Positions 10,059 to 18,955 of a DNA stretch of 64,000 bases are shown in pieces; the stretch's first letter is position 1, and each line of letters opens with the position of its first letter. The notes below the pieces were generated by a model. The model worked only from the letters and a program-made list of their open reading frames with translations, ran no database searches and had not been told where the DNA came from. Origin of the DNA: a virus (Duplodnaviria; Caudoviricetes); IMG/VR virus record IMGVR_UViG_3300005989_000004, positions 4,035 to 68,034 of that record; one strand, written 5' to 3'. A program made the translations under genes and the position numbers.

Positions 10059-10718
10059 ATGATTACATTTATTGTTGATAATAAACGAAACTATAGTAAG
10101 GGTAATGTTGTTGGTGATAACTACTTTCTAGATTGTACTGTCACCATTCAACATGATTTTAGTAATGAGGTGACACAACATGCTGTTGAAGATGGAACAC
10201 CTCTTACTGACCATATCCAAAGACTAAACAACACATTCACTGTTGATGGAATATTTAATAAGTGGGCGCTAAACAAATACAACAATGATAGTTTATCACA
10301 CACTGATAGAGTGAACAAGGCTTATAAGTTTCTCAGAGATTTGAGAGATAATAGAGAGGTGTTCACTCTTGTTTCATCTTATGAAGTTTTTCCTAATTGT
10401 GTAATCACAAACCTTTCTATTCCTGTCGGTGCTAATGATGGTGATGGTTTGTTCTTTAATATGACTATCACTCAAATTAGAACATCCAAGGTTAGTGAGG
10501 TGGCGATCACTAAAGTTGTTAATATCAAAGAATACAAACAAGATTCTGCATCAACAACATCTAATAGCGGTAAAACTAGCAGTGATGTTAAAACTAAGAA
10601 TAATAATGAATCGATCCTTTATTCTTCAGGCTTAACTGCTAGAGACTTGATTAAAGATTCATTATCGGCAACACCAGATGAAAAGATGTTATCTGATTTA
10701 ATGAAAGGGCGAGAATAA
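10059..10718 (+). CDS. Baseplate / tail-tube initiator protein
   Basis: 219 aa; EVTQHAVEDGTPLTDHI motif common in genes right after the TMP. Confidence 0.6.
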   Translation: MITFIVDNKRNYSKGNVVGDNYFLDCTVTIQHDFSNEVTQHAVEDGTPLTDHIQRLNNTFTVDGIFNKWALNKYNNDSLSHTDRVNKAYKFLRDLRDNREVFTLVSSYEVFPNCVITNLSIPVGANDGDGLFFNMTITQIRTSKVSEVAITKVVNIKEYKQDSASTTSNSGKTSSDVKTKNNNESILYSSGLTARDLIKDSLSATPDEKMLSDLMKGRE

Positions 10719-11044
10719 TGTTATTAGAAATAAACATTCCTGATGATCCTAACACAGTGTTTAGTGTATCATTAGATGGTCGCATGTATGACATTAAATT
10801 ACAATACAATGACAGGGATGAATCGTGGTACATGAACTTTAGTGTACAAGGTAAACAACCACTATTCAGAACTAAAATTACAGTTGGTGCTGATTTGTTA
10901 ATTGGTTATTTAGGATATGATATTGCTCCTAAAGGATTGCTTTATGTAGTTGACATTGAAAAAGGATATGGTAGATTAGATAGATTGGGGTGGAGTAGTG
11001 GAAGATACAAACTCCGCTATTTAACATCGGATGAATTACCATGA
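10718..11044 (+). CDS. Small baseplate structural protein
   Basis: 108 aa, YNDRDESWY motif, baseplate module position. Confidence 0.5.
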   Translation: MLLEINIPDDPNTVFSVSLDGRMYDIKLQYNDRDESWYMNFSVQGKQPLFRTKITVGADLLIGYLGYDIAPKGLLYVVDIEKGYGRLDRLGWSSGRYKLRYLTSDELP

Positions 11045-12060
11045 ATCAATTAAACCATAAATACAAATTAACAATATCTTATCCAATAAAGTTCAAAACT
11101 GTCCCTCAGCGAATCTTTTCTACAATTCCTCCTGTCACTAGCGATATTGCTGGCATTCCTAATTCAATACCTCTAAACACCACAACAGATGTTCGTTCAG
11201 AAGAGAATGATGTTCATAATGGTAGAGGTGTTGTATTAACAAATCACCACATAGAATTTGATATTAAATTCACTACAGATGGAGATGGATCTAACAATCC
11301 ATCTTCTATCCTTATTTATAACATTAGTCCTACGACAAGAAAGTTCTTGGAGAATAGTGCTGGTGATAAACCTGAAATAATGTTAGAAGCTGGGTGGGAA
11401 ACAGACAAAACTATTCCTATCATATTTAGCGGTGAAGTGATTGGTATTTCTGAAAGAAAGATTAATGGTGTAACAAGGGTTACAGAATTGTTATTGGGTA
11501 GTGGTACTGTAGCATCTAAAGAAGCAAGAACGTCAAGAAGCTACCAAGCCAACACATCACTAGAAACAGTGATTAAAGATTTAGTTAAGGATATGAATAT
11601 TCAACAGGGGATATTCGACTTAGGAACAACCATCGCCACCATCACTAGACCATTAGCTCATGTTGGTCACACCAAAGACTTCTTAACCAAATTATGTAAA
11701 GACAATAAATTAAAATTGTTTATTCAAAACAACACTATCAATATTATTCCAGAAAAGATTGAATATGCTGGTCAGTATGTATTTAATTTATCTACTGAAT
11801 CAAATCTGTTGAGTGTTGATGTTGATAGTAATGATACGTTGTCTGAGAATGAATCTGGTACAAGAAAAGCATTGTCAGTGGTTACAACATTAAACGGTGC
11901 TTACACTCTTGGTAGTAATGTTGTTGTGGATAGTTTATATCACAAAGGTGTATACTCAATCACTGAGATCCAACATCAGGGCAGCTATGAGGGTGGTAGT
12001 TGGTCTAGTAGTTTGAAACTTATTCCTGTTGATGGGTATGAAATTAGAGGTGTAGAGTGA
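11041..12060 (+). CDS. Baseplate hub protein
   Basis: 339 aa; IYNIS...LEAGW...IFSGEV and HQGSYEGGSWSS motifs; precedes spike. Confidence 0.65.
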   Translation: MNQLNHKYKLTISYPIKFKTVPQRIFSTIPPVTSDIAGIPNSIPLNTTTDVRSEENDVHNGRGVVLTNHHIEFDIKFTTDGDGSNNPSSILIYNISPTTRKFLENSAGDKPEIMLEAGWETDKTIPIIFSGEVIGISERKINGVTRVTELLLGSGTVASKEARTSRSYQANTSLETVIKDLVKDMNIQQGIFDLGTTIATITRPLAHVGHTKDFLTKLCKDNKLKLFIQNNTINIIPEKIEYAGQYVFNLSTESNLLSVDVDSNDTLSENESGTRKALSVVTTLNGAYTLGSNVVVDSLYHKGVYSITEIQHQGSYEGGSWSSSLKLIPVDGYEIRGVE

Positions 12061-12662
12061 TAACACAAAAACAATTACTAGATTCTCACTTTGATAGACG
12101 TATGGCTAATTTAGTTCATACGTCATTTCCTGCTGAGATTGTAGCTATCCGTAATGCTTCTGTTGTAGATGTTCAACCGTTAGTGGAAACTTTAGATCCA
12201 GACGGATTACGCATCCCATATCCCACTCTATACAATGTTCGCTTATACAATATGTCAAATTCAAACGGAGACGTGTTTATAAGCGTTCCTGTTGAGATTG
12301 GTAGTAGGGTATGGGTGTTTGTATCTGAGCGCGATACAGCCAATCTGATGAGCGTTAATCGTGTAGAATCCACTACAGCAATGACGCATGACTTATCAGA
12401 TTGTTTTGCCATTCCAACATTCTTCACAGACACTAACATTCCAGACATTCCAACAGATAAATTACTTATCAAGAATAAAGATAGTAGTGTGTTAGTGGGT
12501 GCTGATGGGATTGAGATAGTGACTGACAATATTAAGATCACATCTAAATCTGCTGATATTGTTAGTGAGACAATTAACATAAAGGGTAATATTAAACAAA
12601 CAGGCAACTTAGATGTGATAGGGATCATCACCCAGAACACAAGACCTGTTGTAACATCGTAG
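12057..12662 (+). CDS. Baseplate central spike (gpV/Gp138-like)
   Basis: 201 aa; VDVQPL OB-fold start, HDLSDCFAIP motif, C-terminal beta-helix repeats. Confidence 0.75.
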   Translation: MITQKQLLDSHFDRRMANLVHTSFPAEIVAIRNASVVDVQPLVETLDPDGLRIPYPTLYNVRLYNMSNSNGDVFISVPVEIGSRVWVFVSERDTANLMSVNRVESTTAMTHDLSDCFAIPTFFTDTNIPDIPTDKLLIKNKDSSVLVGADGIEIVTDNIKITSKSADIVSETINIKGNIKQTGNLDVIGIITQNTRPVVTS

Positions 12663-12670
12663 GAGAAACA

Positions 12671-13096
12671 ATGTTAGATTTTAAACTAAATAATGATAGT
12701 GATATTTATTGGGATGTTGATGATATTGGTGTATGTAAAACATTCCAAGATGCTACACGTCAATCATTACAAACTAAACTTAGAACATTTAAAGGTGAAT
12801 GGGTATTAGATACCTCTTACGGTATTGACTACTTTGGTCAATTGCTAGGTAAAGGATTATCACAAAAAGATACAGACGCTGTGTTTATTGCTGAAATATC
12901 TAACCACCCTGATGTTATTTCAATCAACAATTTTAGCTCTAGATTCAACCCTTATACACGTTTCTATGATATGGAAATTGATGTTAAGAGTAAGAGCGGT
13001 AATATTGTTACGTTCCTACCTTCTGTTAGAGCAGAACAAGAAATTACATATCCTGACGGAAATACAACAGCACTACAACCTAGCTGCACATTATAG
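12671..13096 (+). CDS. Baseplate wedge protein (gp25/DUF2634-like)
   Basis: 141 aa; LRTFKGEWVLDTSYGIDY motif. Confidence 0.68.
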   Translation: MLDFKLNNDSDIYWDVDDIGVCKTFQDATRQSLQTKLRTFKGEWVLDTSYGIDYFGQLLGKGLSQKDTDAVFIAEISNHPDVISINNFSSRFNPYTRFYDMEIDVKSKSGNIVTFLPSVRAEQEITYPDGNTTALQPSCTL

Positions 13097-13104
13097 GAAT
13101 TAAT

Positions 13105-14607
13105 ATGGGAAAGATTACAAGCTACGGCTATGAAAGAAAGTCACTACCTGATATTCTAACATCACTACGAAATAAAGTTAAATCAAAACTTGGGAATAGT
13201 TGGGATGTTCGGACAGGAAGTATTACAGATCAATTTTTATCTGTATTCGCATTAGAATTAGATGAAGTTGAGCAAGGGTTGGAAGGTGTTGTAGCAACAC
13301 AAACTTTAAATGGTGCCGAAGGTATTTATTTAGATAATATCCTAAACCAACAAGGCGTTTATCGTAAGGGATTGAGTGCAGGAGGTGGGGATACCGTTGT
13401 ATTTACATCTTACGCTAACGCCAATACAACAATTCCAACCACAACAATTTTCAATGCTACAAATTCAATCCAATACAAACCTATTACAAATATCACTGTA
13501 GATAAATACATGGGTTGTTACCAATTGAAAGAGTCGGATATTGTTGTTGGAACTACATACGTTTTCAAAGCATACAATTCTAGTGCGTCAAGTTTTGCAC
13601 CAACATTGTCTGTCACCGCATCTAGTGTTGCTGACAAGGTGAGAGTGATGAATGAGTTGGTGACTTATTTCAATAATAATATTCTTGACAAACCTGCTGA
13701 TTGTTATTATGATGTATCTAATAAGGAATTATTTGTTGGTTTTAAACAACTAGACAACACTCCTTTACCATTCCAAGATAATAATTTGTTTTTAGAAGTG
13801 AGTCCTAGTGTTGGTGTTGTTGGGACTGTAGTTCCTGTGATTGCTAGCACTAAAGGTTTTTATCCACTAAAAGCAAATAACATTACATCAATCAATCCTA
13901 CATACACTGGATATGTTGGTGTAACTAATCCTAATGATTTTGATTCAGGAACCACCACACAAACAGACGCTGAGTTTCGCTCTCAGGCTGCATCAATTAA
14001 GAATGCTAACTTATCAGGAACACTAGATAGTGTGTTAGATGGGTTATCTGATTTACGTGGTGTAACTGCTGTCAGAATTTATTCAAATCCAGAATTCACT
14101 AGACTTAAAGATTATCAGAATACGACAATCTGCGATCCTTACACATACAATTGTGTTGTTGAGGGTGGTAGGGATGTTGATATTGGTGAAGTGATTGTAA
14201 AGAAAGCTCCATTCAATACAAAATCTTTCGGTAGTGATTCTGTCACAGTTTACGATTCCAACAATAATGCTATTACAGTGAAATATTCAAAATGTTATTC
14301 TTTTGATTACACTGTCAAAGTAGCTTATAAGACTAAAGATAATAGTGTATTGCTTGAATCTGAAAGAAACATAATCAATACAAACTTACGTAATATCACT
14401 TTACAAATGCAAATTGGTGAACCAGTGAGTGTTGACTGGATTAAAGCTGTAGTGTATCAATCATTACCAATTGGTCGATTAGTTAGTGTTTCTGTTGAAT
14501 TACTAGACCTCACCAGACCATCAACATTTACTCCTTTTGATTTGTTAGTTGAATATAACAAGCGTCCTCGCATTCACTTAGCAGGAATCACTTACGTAAG
14601 AACATAG
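13105..14607 (+). CDS. Baseplate J-like wedge protein
   Basis: 500 aa; AEGIYLD and GTTTQTDAEFR motifs. Confidence 0.8.
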   Translation: MGKITSYGYERKSLPDILTSLRNKVKSKLGNSWDVRTGSITDQFLSVFALELDEVEQGLEGVVATQTLNGAEGIYLDNILNQQGVYRKGLSAGGGDTVVFTSYANANTTIPTTTIFNATNSIQYKPITNITVDKYMGCYQLKESDIVVGTTYVFKAYNSSASSFAPTLSVTASSVADKVRVMNELVTYFNNNILDKPADCYYDVSNKELFVGFKQLDNTPLPFQDNNLFLEVSPSVGVVGTVVPVIASTKGFYPLKANNITSINPTYTGYVGVTNPNDFDSGTTTQTDAEFRSQAASIKNANLSGTLDSVLDGLSDLRGVTAVRIYSNPEFTRLKDYQNTTICDPYTYNCVVEGGRDVDIGEVIVKKAPFNTKSFGSDSVTVYDSNNNAITVKYSKCYSFDYTVKVAYKTKDNSVLLESERNIINTNLRNITLQMQIGEPVSVDWIKAVVYQSLPIGRLVSVSVELLDLTRPSTFTPFDLLVEYNKRPRIHLAGITYVRT

Positions 14608-14617
14608 GAGAACTTAA

Positions 14618-16204
14618 TTGAATGCTAATAAAATAGTTCTCGTTCCAAATCGCGTAGAAAAAGCCAAAGAGTTATTACTATCTCAATTTAAAGATAAACC
14701 AAATATCTTAGCCATGACAGATGTTATTGTATCTGAATTGCAAGAAATTGAAAACGCTTTAATTGATTTACAAGCTGTGAGCACATTGGATGGTGCTTAC
14801 GGCTATTGGCTTGATGAATTTGGTCAACGATTGAATGTTAGCAGGAATGGTAAGATTGATAGCGATTATAAAACAGCTATTAAGATTGCTATGGCTAAAC
14901 GTAGAAGCACAGCAAGTAGGGAAGATATTATAGAGCTTGTTAGTGCTTTAACAAACGACACCACTGTTTCTTTAGAAACCCCTTATCCTTACATGGCAGA
15001 ACTAAAAGGGTTCTTAAAATGTGTTGAGGATAATGAAGAAGCATTAGCTATGATTGCATCAATGTTTCCTCTACTCACTAGAACTCGAATTATCAAACGA
15101 TACACTAAACCATTTACTCTACGTGCTTACGGTGCTGCTGATAACAATATGGGGTTTGGTGATAACGCCAAATTAAATAGTTTGAGATATGTTGATGATG
15201 GCGATAGTGGTAATGTTGGTATTAAATCTGAATATCCCTATGACCTACCATTCGTTGATGGTGCTGTCCACATTAAAACATTACCAATAATCTCAGGTAA
15301 TAAAACAGTGGGTAGTACGTTGTCTATCACCAATATTACACCTTGGCTTGGCGATGCTCCAATCACTGTTTCACGTCAATGGTTGGTAGATGGTTATATT
15401 AAAACTGGCGCTGTTGGTGAAACTTTTGTTGTATCAGTAGACTTGGTTGGAAAGAAAGTTGGTTGTATTGTTAGTGCTGAAAACAGTATTAATAAGGTGA
15501 GTGTCAGACTTGTTGATGTTACTATTACATCCAGCACAGATACTGCCCCAGTGAATACAGTTGCACCATTATTGAGTGGTAGTAATATTGTTGGTAATAT
15601 TATCACCTCAAGCACTGGAACATTCACATCAACAACACCTATCACATATTCGTATCAGTGGTATAAGAATAATGTTGCTATTGGTGGTGCTACGTTAGGA
15701 ACTTACACAACCAACTCAACGGACATAGGTGCTAATATCAAGTGTCGAGTGACAGCGACGAATGCTGTTGGTAGTACGTCAGTGGATAGTAACACTATTA
15801 CAGTACAAAGTATTCCCGCACCAACTGGTGTAGATATGTCAGGTATTAGAAATCTTGTCAGGACATATTTATCAACACAAGGTATTACATCAGCGTATTA
15901 TATTTTTGGTAAGAATGGTGCTGTAGATTTAAGCACATTCACTACAGACGATCATTGGTATAATCCTCTCACTAATAACGTTGGACACGATTATCAAATT
16001 AAATATGAAGTGTTGTCTGGTGGTGGATTTACTCAAGCGGCAAATACATATTACCATCTAACTAACGCTGTTCAATTTACTACAGGTGATGCTAGTGTAG
16101 CAATCCCTTATACTGGAACTGTTAGATTTACAATACAACACATTCCAACATCTACACTATTCACTAAAGATGTTACGATTAATATTACTGTGGAGAATAA
16201 CTAA
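14618..16204 (+). CDS. Baseplate wedge protein (DUF2612-like) fused to two Ig-like repeats and a C-terminal domain
   Basis: N-terminal LLSQFKDKPNI...AYGYWLDEFG; two ~90-aa repeats (PxISG..VG..L....W...PITxSxQW...G......C.V.AxN). Confidence 0.7.
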   Translation: MNANKIVLVPNRVEKAKELLLSQFKDKPNILAMTDVIVSELQEIENALIDLQAVSTLDGAYGYWLDEFGQRLNVSRNGKIDSDYKTAIKIAMAKRRSTASREDIIELVSALTNDTTVSLETPYPYMAELKGFLKCVEDNEEALAMIASMFPLLTRTRIIKRYTKPFTLRAYGAADNNMGFGDNAKLNSLRYVDDGDSGNVGIKSEYPYDLPFVDGAVHIKTLPIISGNKTVGSTLSITNITPWLGDAPITVSRQWLVDGYIKTGAVGETFVVSVDLVGKKVGCIVSAENSINKVSVRLVDVTITSSTDTAPVNTVAPLLSGSNIVGNIITSSTGTFTSTTPITYSYQWYKNNVAIGGATLGTYTTNSTDIGANIKCRVTATNAVGSTSVDSNTITVQSIPAPTGVDMSGIRNLVRTYLSTQGITSAYYIFGKNGAVDLSTFTTDDHWYNPLTNNVGHDYQIKYEVLSGGGFTQAANTYYHLTNAVQFTTGDASVAIPYTGTVRFTIQHIPTSTLFTKDVTINITVENN

Positions 16205-16860
16205 TGTCAACGCAATTTTTACCTGAATGGGCGCTAGCTAATGCCTATCCAGATTCAACACAAAATAAAATAAGACCAGATAGCGCATTGCGTCAATATG
16301 GATACCCTAAAGATTATTCCCCAACTGCTGAAGAATTAAATTGGCAATTGAATAATATTTATGAACATATTAATGAGCTTCGGCTGATAGCACAAACAGC
16401 TAGTCAACTCCCTGTTGGAACAATTCTTACAGTGAAAGGTCGTGCTGATAATCCTAATACGTATTTAGGTTATGGTACATGGGTTGCTGTACAAGGTAGA
16501 TTCTTGGTTGGTGCTGGTAATTCAACTGACGCTGAAGGTAATTCTGTTACATACACTGCTGGTGCAACTGGTGGTACTCATAAAACAATGTTATCAACAT
16601 CTCAAATCCCAGACCACACTCACACATATAAAGATACATATATGTTTGAACAAGGTAGTGCTATGGGTAGTAATGTTCCAACAGAGTTTAAAGAAAGTGC
16701 TGCTGGGTTGAATAATGGTTTTGGTCAAGGTGCAATTAACTATGACAACGATACTTTAGTGTTTAGACAAGGAACTACTAACGCATCACCATCCGTTCAA
16801 GTTGCAGTTAATACAACACCAGCACATTTAGTTGTGTATATGTGGGAGCGAACAGCATAA
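16204..16860 (+). CDS. Short tail fibre / baseplate protein (T4 gp10 C-terminal-like)
   Basis: 218 aa; NPNTYLGYGTW...GRFLVGAG...GATGG...QIPDHTH...VYMWERTA. Confidence 0.7.
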   Translation: MSTQFLPEWALANAYPDSTQNKIRPDSALRQYGYPKDYSPTAEELNWQLNNIYEHINELRLIAQTASQLPVGTILTVKGRADNPNTYLGYGTWVAVQGRFLVGAGNSTDAEGNSVTYTAGATGGTHKTMLSTSQIPDHTHTYKDTYMFEQGSAMGSNVPTEFKESAAGLNNGFGQGAINYDNDTLVFRQGTTNASPSVQVAVNTTPAHLVVYMWERTA

Positions 16861-17189
16861 TGACTATTGAAGTTGTAGCGGCTTCCGCTAAATATTTATG
16901 GATTCCTGTATTAGCAGGATTTGGGTATTTCTTGAAACGTAGAGATAATAAGATAGATGAATTGGAAAGCAAGCTATCATCAAAAATAACAAAGGAAGAT
17001 GTAAAAGAACTAATCCACTTAACATTACTACCTTTGGAAGCTAAGATAGATAGAGCCACCGAATCAAATATGGAAAACACTCTATTGCTCAGGGAAGTTA
17101 GTCAATCATTAAATACATTGGCTAAAGACTTAGCTGTTCAATCAGCAATTAACAATCACATTTATCATAAAAGTATGGAAGGAAAATAA
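16860..17189 (+). CDS. Putative holin or lysis-associated membrane protein
   Basis: 109 aa from ATG 16860; N-terminal TM helix then coiled coil; upstream of endolysin. Confidence 0.5.
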   Translation: MTIEVVAASAKYLWIPVLAGFGYFLKRRDNKIDELESKLSSKITKEDVKELIHLTLLPLEAKIDRATESNMENTLLLREVSQSLNTLAKDLAVQSAINNHIYHKSMEGK

Positions 17190-17190
17190 T

Positions 17191-17274
17191 ATGGGTAGTC
17201 GTAGACCAGTAGATGATAAGCCAGTAGATCCTAAAGATGGTGGCACTGACAAACCAAAAGAAAAACAACAATAA
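17191..17274 (+). CDS. 27-aa charged micropeptide MGSRRPVDDKPVDPKDGGTDKPKEKQQ
   Basis: Translated by hand; GGAAGGA RBS; fills the gap between two ORFs. Confidence 0.55.
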   Translation: MGSRRPVDDKPVDPKDGGTDKPKEKQQ

Positions 17275-17286
17275 TCGGATAATTAA

Positions 17287-17730
17287 ATGACTTTATATCT
17301 ACTCTTGATGTTGTTATTTTGTGTAACCACAAAGAGGGTAGAATATAGAGACTGGTTAGCTGCTGTATTATTGTGCGTTCTACAATTATTAGACTACCAC
17401 TTTGGAGACACTGTTGGTAGTCTTATTTTTCCAAACACATCTACAAACTTCTTATCATTAGCACTAAATAATCTGTTATGTTTATTGATAGGGACAATCG
17501 TAGCTACACAATGGAAAAAGTGGATAATTGTTACAACCTACTTTATTGGTGTGTTGTTATTTATCAATGAAGCTATGACAGTATACCAATCTATATTTTA
17601 TCCATATTTAAATCTATATCAAACTATCTTGTGTGAAGGAATAATCTTATTGTTGCTAATTAACAAAAGAATCATACAAGATGTAAAAGACACAATTAAG
17701 GAGAGTTTGAAATGTCCTTATCAACAATGA
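17287..17730 (+). CDS. Multi-pass membrane protein (about 4 TM)
   Basis: 147 aa, hydrophobic helices, overlaps endolysin start. Confidence 0.6.
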   Translation: MTLYLLLMLLFCVTTKRVEYRDWLAAVLLCVLQLLDYHFGDTVGSLIFPNTSTNFLSLALNNLLCLLIGTIVATQWKKWIIVTTYFIGVLLFINEAMTVYQSIFYPYLNLYQTILCEGIILLLLINKRIIQDVKDTIKESLKCPYQQ

Positions 17731-18194
17731 ACCAATCTTTCATTGATCTGTGTGTCAAGGTGATTATTGCAGAAGAAGGATTCTCAGCTAAACCTTATTA
17801 TTGCACAGAACAATACGCAACAATCGGTTATGGTAGACTATTATCACCAGTGAGAAAGTTTCCACTACCAAATATTACAACAACCAAGGAACAAGAACGT
17901 TTCTGGTTAGAGAATAGAATTAAGACAAACATTAACGAATTGATTAGATCGTTTCCTGTATTTAACACACTAAGTAATGTACGTAAAGTGGTGTTAGTTA
18001 GCATGGTGTATCAACTTGGAATCAACCGCATATCTAAATTCACAGAAATGTGGAAAGCTATCAAAGCTGGTAATTATGATAAAGCTGGTATTGAAATGTT
18101 GGATAGTTTAGCTGCTAAGCAAACACCAAACAGATTTAAGCGCAATTTCGAGATGTTTACTAAAGACGTTATGCTTCCTTATTATGGAGTGTAA
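17712..18194 (+). CDS. Endolysin, T4-lysozyme-like muramidase (GH24)
   Basis: EEGFSAKPYYCTEQYATIGYG = E-x8-C-x5-T catalytic triad; MVYQLG motif; no SAR/signal sequence. Confidence 0.9.
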   Translation: MSLSTMNQSFIDLCVKVIIAEEGFSAKPYYCTEQYATIGYGRLLSPVRKFPLPNITTTKEQERFWLENRIKTNINELIRSFPVFNTLSNVRKVVLVSMVYQLGINRISKFTEMWKAIKAGNYDKAGIEMLDSLAAKQTPNRFKRNFEMFTKDVMLPYYGV

Positions 18195-18197
18195 TCC

Positions 18198-18569
18198 ATG
18201 AACCGTATATTGATTTTAAGCGCTCTAGGCTTGCTTGTATTGAGTTATATTACATATACACACATTACCCTACAGGCTAGCCAGATAGACGCTCTAAAGG
18301 CTTCTGAGAAAGCGTTACAGCAACAACTAGAACATACATCTCAAATAGCTAATCACAACGCTGAAATGTATCTTAAATCTAAACAAGAATTCCAATCAAC
18401 ATTAGACTCTTTACACGAATTGCAGAAGTCTATTGATGATGTAAAAGATAAATCTATAAATAAAGAAAGGGTGGTGAACAGATATGTTGATTCACTTGAT
18501 AAAGAAAGTTTTGAGAGTAGGTGTTTTAATATGTCTGTCCCTGATAATGTTGGTAGGGTGCAGCAGTAA
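18198..18569 (+). CDS. i-spanin (Rz-like)
   Basis: N-terminal TM anchor plus coiled coil, directly after endolysin. Confidence 0.8.
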   Translation: MNRILILSALGLLVLSYITYTHITLQASQIDALKASEKALQQQLEHTSQIANHNAEMYLKSKQEFQSTLDSLHELQKSIDDVKDKSINKERVVNRYVDSLDKESFESRCFNMSVPDNVGRVQQ

Positions 18570-18759
18570 ACCTGAAATCAAATATGTAGAAAAGATTGTT
18601 GAAGTAGAAAAACCAACGCCAAAACAATTAACCTCTTTATGTGATATTCCAAAAAGAGATGGTGATAAGGTGAGAGATTATATAGTTTCTGAAAACAGAT
18701 TATATAATGCTTTAGTGATATGTAATCTTAAAATTGAGGCAAGAAATAATGAAAAATAA
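18484..18759 (+). CDS. o-spanin lipoprotein (Rz1-like)
   Basis: Lipobox LVGC; overlaps the 3' end of the i-spanin in another frame. Confidence 0.8.
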   Translation: MLIHLIKKVLRVGVLICLSLIMLVGCSSKPEIKYVEKIVEVEKPTPKQLTSLCDIPKRDGDKVRDYIVSENRLYNALVICNLKIEARNNEK

Positions 18760-18955
18760 AAAGTTCTCTCGTACCCATTTCTTTAATGTACTTATTGGTA
18801 TGATTGGTGTGTTAGAGGTTAACTTACACCTCCTGCAATCATCTATGGGTGAATGGTATGGTGCAACATATATTATAATTGCAATGATTGGTGTGTATTT
18901 GAGATTGACACATCAGGATAATAACGGAGAATCTGAATGTCAGAAATCAGATTAA
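18749..18955 (+). CDS. Small 2-TM holin-like protein
   Basis: 68 aa from ATG 18749; two hydrophobic segments. Confidence 0.5.
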   Translation: MKNKKFSRTHFFNVLIGMIGVLEVNLHLLQSSMGEWYGATYIIIAMIGVYLRLTHQDNNGESECQKSD

